From the human T2T-CHM13v2.0 reference genome, Homo sapiens: DNA of 64,000 bases. Below the pieces are notes generated by a model. The model ran no database searches. It was given only the letters and a program-made list of their open reading frames with translations, and was not told where the DNA came from. Position 1 is the stretch's first letter; each line of letters opens with the position of its first letter. Of this stretch, positions 60,858-64,000 are shown in pieces. The stretch lies in assembly GCF_009914755.1 (NCBI RefSeq), contig NC_060932.1; one strand, written 5' to 3'. Both the position numbers and the translations under genes were made by a program.

Positions 60858-63248
60858 TGATCAGTGCTTTTTCATGAACTAGCAGATCACTGGGTAAGTC
60901 TTCAAACCTCACTGACTTAAAATTTTTTGAGAGATGGTATTGAACTAAATGATCTCCATGTCTCTCCCAATCTTAAACTTGGTTTATTCTTTTCATAAGT
61001 AAGCATGAAGATAAACTTGTTCTTCTGATGATAATATGCTTAGAAGGTATTGTGTATTTTGTGGGGGGGGGGGGGTCATGAACATATTAAATTTCCTGCC
61101 CCCAGATGGCTACAGAAAAAGGCACTATGCAAGTTCGCTGATAGCATATGATGAACCATGAGTTATCTTGTTTTTTTTTCTCATGTGCTTGAGTTGTATG
61201 TGTGTTTGTTTTCTTTTGCTTAGATGTATGCAGCACACTTTTCTCCTGAAGGAACTAAGGCAGAAACACACTTCTGAGCTCCCTCCGCTGGGGGAATCTT
61301 ATACCTGAAGCCTAAGAGAGAATTAAATAAGAGTGCAGGCACTCAGCATTATGGTCAATAAAAGCCCCATTGTTCTTTTAGAAATAGACTGAAAGGCAAT
61401 GCTCACCCTCCTTTGTACTAGAGCTCAATTAATTTAGCTGGAATAATTTTTCTTCCTTTATTAACTGTCCTCTGTGCTTAATGGGACCAAAAGTGATATA
61501 GGAAGATGGAGTACTCAAGTATATATATGACTAATTTTAGTATCAGGGTTAGTTGCATGGGGCTTGGAGCCAGATGCATTTCAGTCTTAATGAGGTGACA
61601 CCTCCTCGATGCTTTTGACCTTGTCCATTATAGGTGGGAATTTGTAGAAACCATTTAGACAGCTTAAAGTACGGTTGACAGAACTGTCTGCACCATTAAT
61701 CCTTATCCCATTTTAGCAACACAAGAGCAGGCCAAGTGACATTTTCTGTAAGTAGAGAATAACATACATTTACTCAGTCATGGGACAGACACAAACATGA
61801 GTTGACAACTCTTCCTGGCTCTCCTGCCCAAAGTGAAATCAGCATTAATAAATCCCAAATGATCCTGATTTTGCTTAAGAGTCATACACTAGGTCAGCAG
61901 GTTTCTTACAGCACCATCAAACCTGCAGCCAACACCTGACAATAGAAAATAAAAAGTAAAAGTCATCTGAAGAAGCTATATGACTAGGGCAGTTTCCTCC
62001 AGCTAGGTTCTGATCATCCTCACCAGAATCATTTGTTAGACTAGGATCTCATTTGATGAATCAGAAAAACTAACGGAGTCATTTCTATCTGTAAATCCCT
62101 GTTTACTCACTTTTGTGGTGCACTGTCAAGCTTATTTTTAAGTGTACTGTGAGAAGAAAGATGATGGCTATCTTTGACCTTTGGTAATACTTGATTGGTC
62201 CTTCTCTTGAGTGCTCTTGAGAAATATTTTAACTAAGATGGCTACAGTTTCTAACAGCCTTCTGTTAGCCATTTATTTATTAAATCTACTTCCCCCCATT
62301 TATACCTCCCACACATTTTCAGTGACAGCTACCATTTTTATAACTCAAAAACAGTGAAATAAACAAACAGAAACCCCTCACAATTGTCATTATCTTTTCC
62401 TTACTGAGAAATTTCTTTGAAAGAGAACAGTATATAATCGGTACAACCCACTTCAACAGAAAAGCTCTTCAAGGGCACACAGGCTTTGTGTGTGATAAGT
62501 TCTCTCGAGATGAACATAAGTTAGGTTGAATAATTTCATGGTTTCTTGGTTACTGGGCTTAGGAGTACTCCATTGCTATAGCAATGATGTTAAAGACTTT
62601 CCAGTTTTGTTCAAAACATTTTGTTAATGTCTACATTTCCTTTGGAGAAAAAAAATTATTTCTCCTTCTTGGAAAATGTGTTAAAAATAGAATATCTTAG
62701 AATGGGAAGACATGTATCTAGTGACAGAGTTAGGACTAGCGTTCAGAAATGCCACACACAATTATTGGCTCATCAGTACATTCTAGTGTCATCAGTTTTC
62801 AAGATGTCAAGAAGCCTCTGCCTGCAAAATGCTTATACCATTGAAATAAGTGTGTATACTGGAAATATATGAGAGAAAACACAATTACATGCTTTATTTT
62901 TCTTTTGAAAGCTCTAAGTTTATTTTCCCAATTCTAATTCATGCTAAAGTTTCTAGACCACTATCCTTCTATTCTATTCTTTTACCTTTTAATCAATATT
63001 TCATTATTTGCTCCTCATAATTTCTTCCCTTCATGCATATCCATGCATGTCCCTAAAGCCTAAGAAATGCCTGGGTGCATGAGGAAAAGCACAGAATGGC
63101 ATTGATAAAGGGAGTAATTTTATTTCTAGCACAGTGATTACATAATGTTGCCAAAAGAACACTGAGCTTAGAATCAGGACTGAGTTGCATTTTCTTAGTT
63201 GTCTTGAACAAGCTGTGTAACCATTGGTAAATTAAATATCTTGAGTTC

Positions 63249-63400
63249 AGCTGGGCATGGTGGCTCATGCTTGTAGTGCCAGCTACTTGGGAGGCTGAGG
63301 TGAGAGGATTGCTTGAGCCCAGGAGTTTGAGGCTGCGTGAGCCACGATCATGCCACTGTGCTGCACCCTGGGTAACAGAGCGAGACCCCAACTCTAATAA
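63249..63400 (+). mobile_element. FLAM/Alu monomer inserted in a MIR
   Basis: GAGGATTGCTTGAGCCCAGGAGTTTGAGGCTGC; TSD TAA(A/G)TATC(T/C)TGAGTTCAG. Confidence 0.85.
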
Positions 63401-64000
63401 ATAAGTATCCTGAGTTCAGTATTATTATCTGAAAAAGAAAATAGTAGTACCAGCCCTGTTTGATACATAGAATGGACATAAATATCAAATATGTTAATTT
63501 AGTTGAAAATATAAGTAGAGATCACTTCAGAAAAGAGTTAAAATCAAAAGAAAAAATAGTTAAGGACTTCTGTTATGAAAATAGCAATTTCAGCATGATT
63601 CAGGGTTCTTACATGTTGACAAAAGGTATAAAAACAACATACAAAAAAGAGGCGTATGTTTTTTTCTTTAGAAAATAGTAGTTTTCCCAATGTACCTTTC
63701 CTATAAGTTGTTCCTTCCTACCTTAAATGAGATTATGAAAATCCTTGGGACCCAAGGATTAACCAAACTGGAGTGACCGTTGAAACCCAGGAGTCTTGTA
63801 AAGCCAGAGACAGTGACAGTGTGAAGCCATAACAGACAGCACAACTGTACCTCCTTGCCATGTAGTCATGGTGGCCAACAAGATTGAAAAGAATCATCTG
63901 TACCTGAGGGCTGCTATGAAGACTGCAAAGGAACCACAGCAGTTACTGTAGTGCGCAGAATACTGAGCTCAGCACAGAATAACGCCGGGAGCCAAATGTG

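Overview
Primate (human-like) non-coding genomic DNA: AT-rich and dominated by interspersed repeats (Alu, L1, L2, MIR, ERV/MaLR LTRs, hAT and Tigger DNA transposons). I see no intact host protein-coding gene, tRNA, rRNA or CpG island. The long ORFs are decayed L1 ORF1/ORF2, ERVL pol remnants, Alu read-throughs or low-complexity artefacts. The centre (35.7-49.4 kb) is a nested stack: an MLT1 LTR contains an old near-full-length L1PB-like element, which contains a full-length L1PA3/4 and an AluY. I found no new gene system. The most interesting signals are structural: (1) a 217-bp near-identical tract with shared non-consensus variants in two inverted L1PA copies ~23.5 kb apart (gene conversion, possible inversion substrate); (2) a ~160-bp non-repeat inverted duplication with a 15-bp inverted-repeat junction; (3) an unidentified retroposed mRNA 3' end inside a Tigger element; (4) a probable ancient L1 3' transduction; (5) a twin-primed L1 fused to a truncated Alu. 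Repeat subfamily names come from my recall of consensus sequences and need RepeatMasker/Dfam confirmation.
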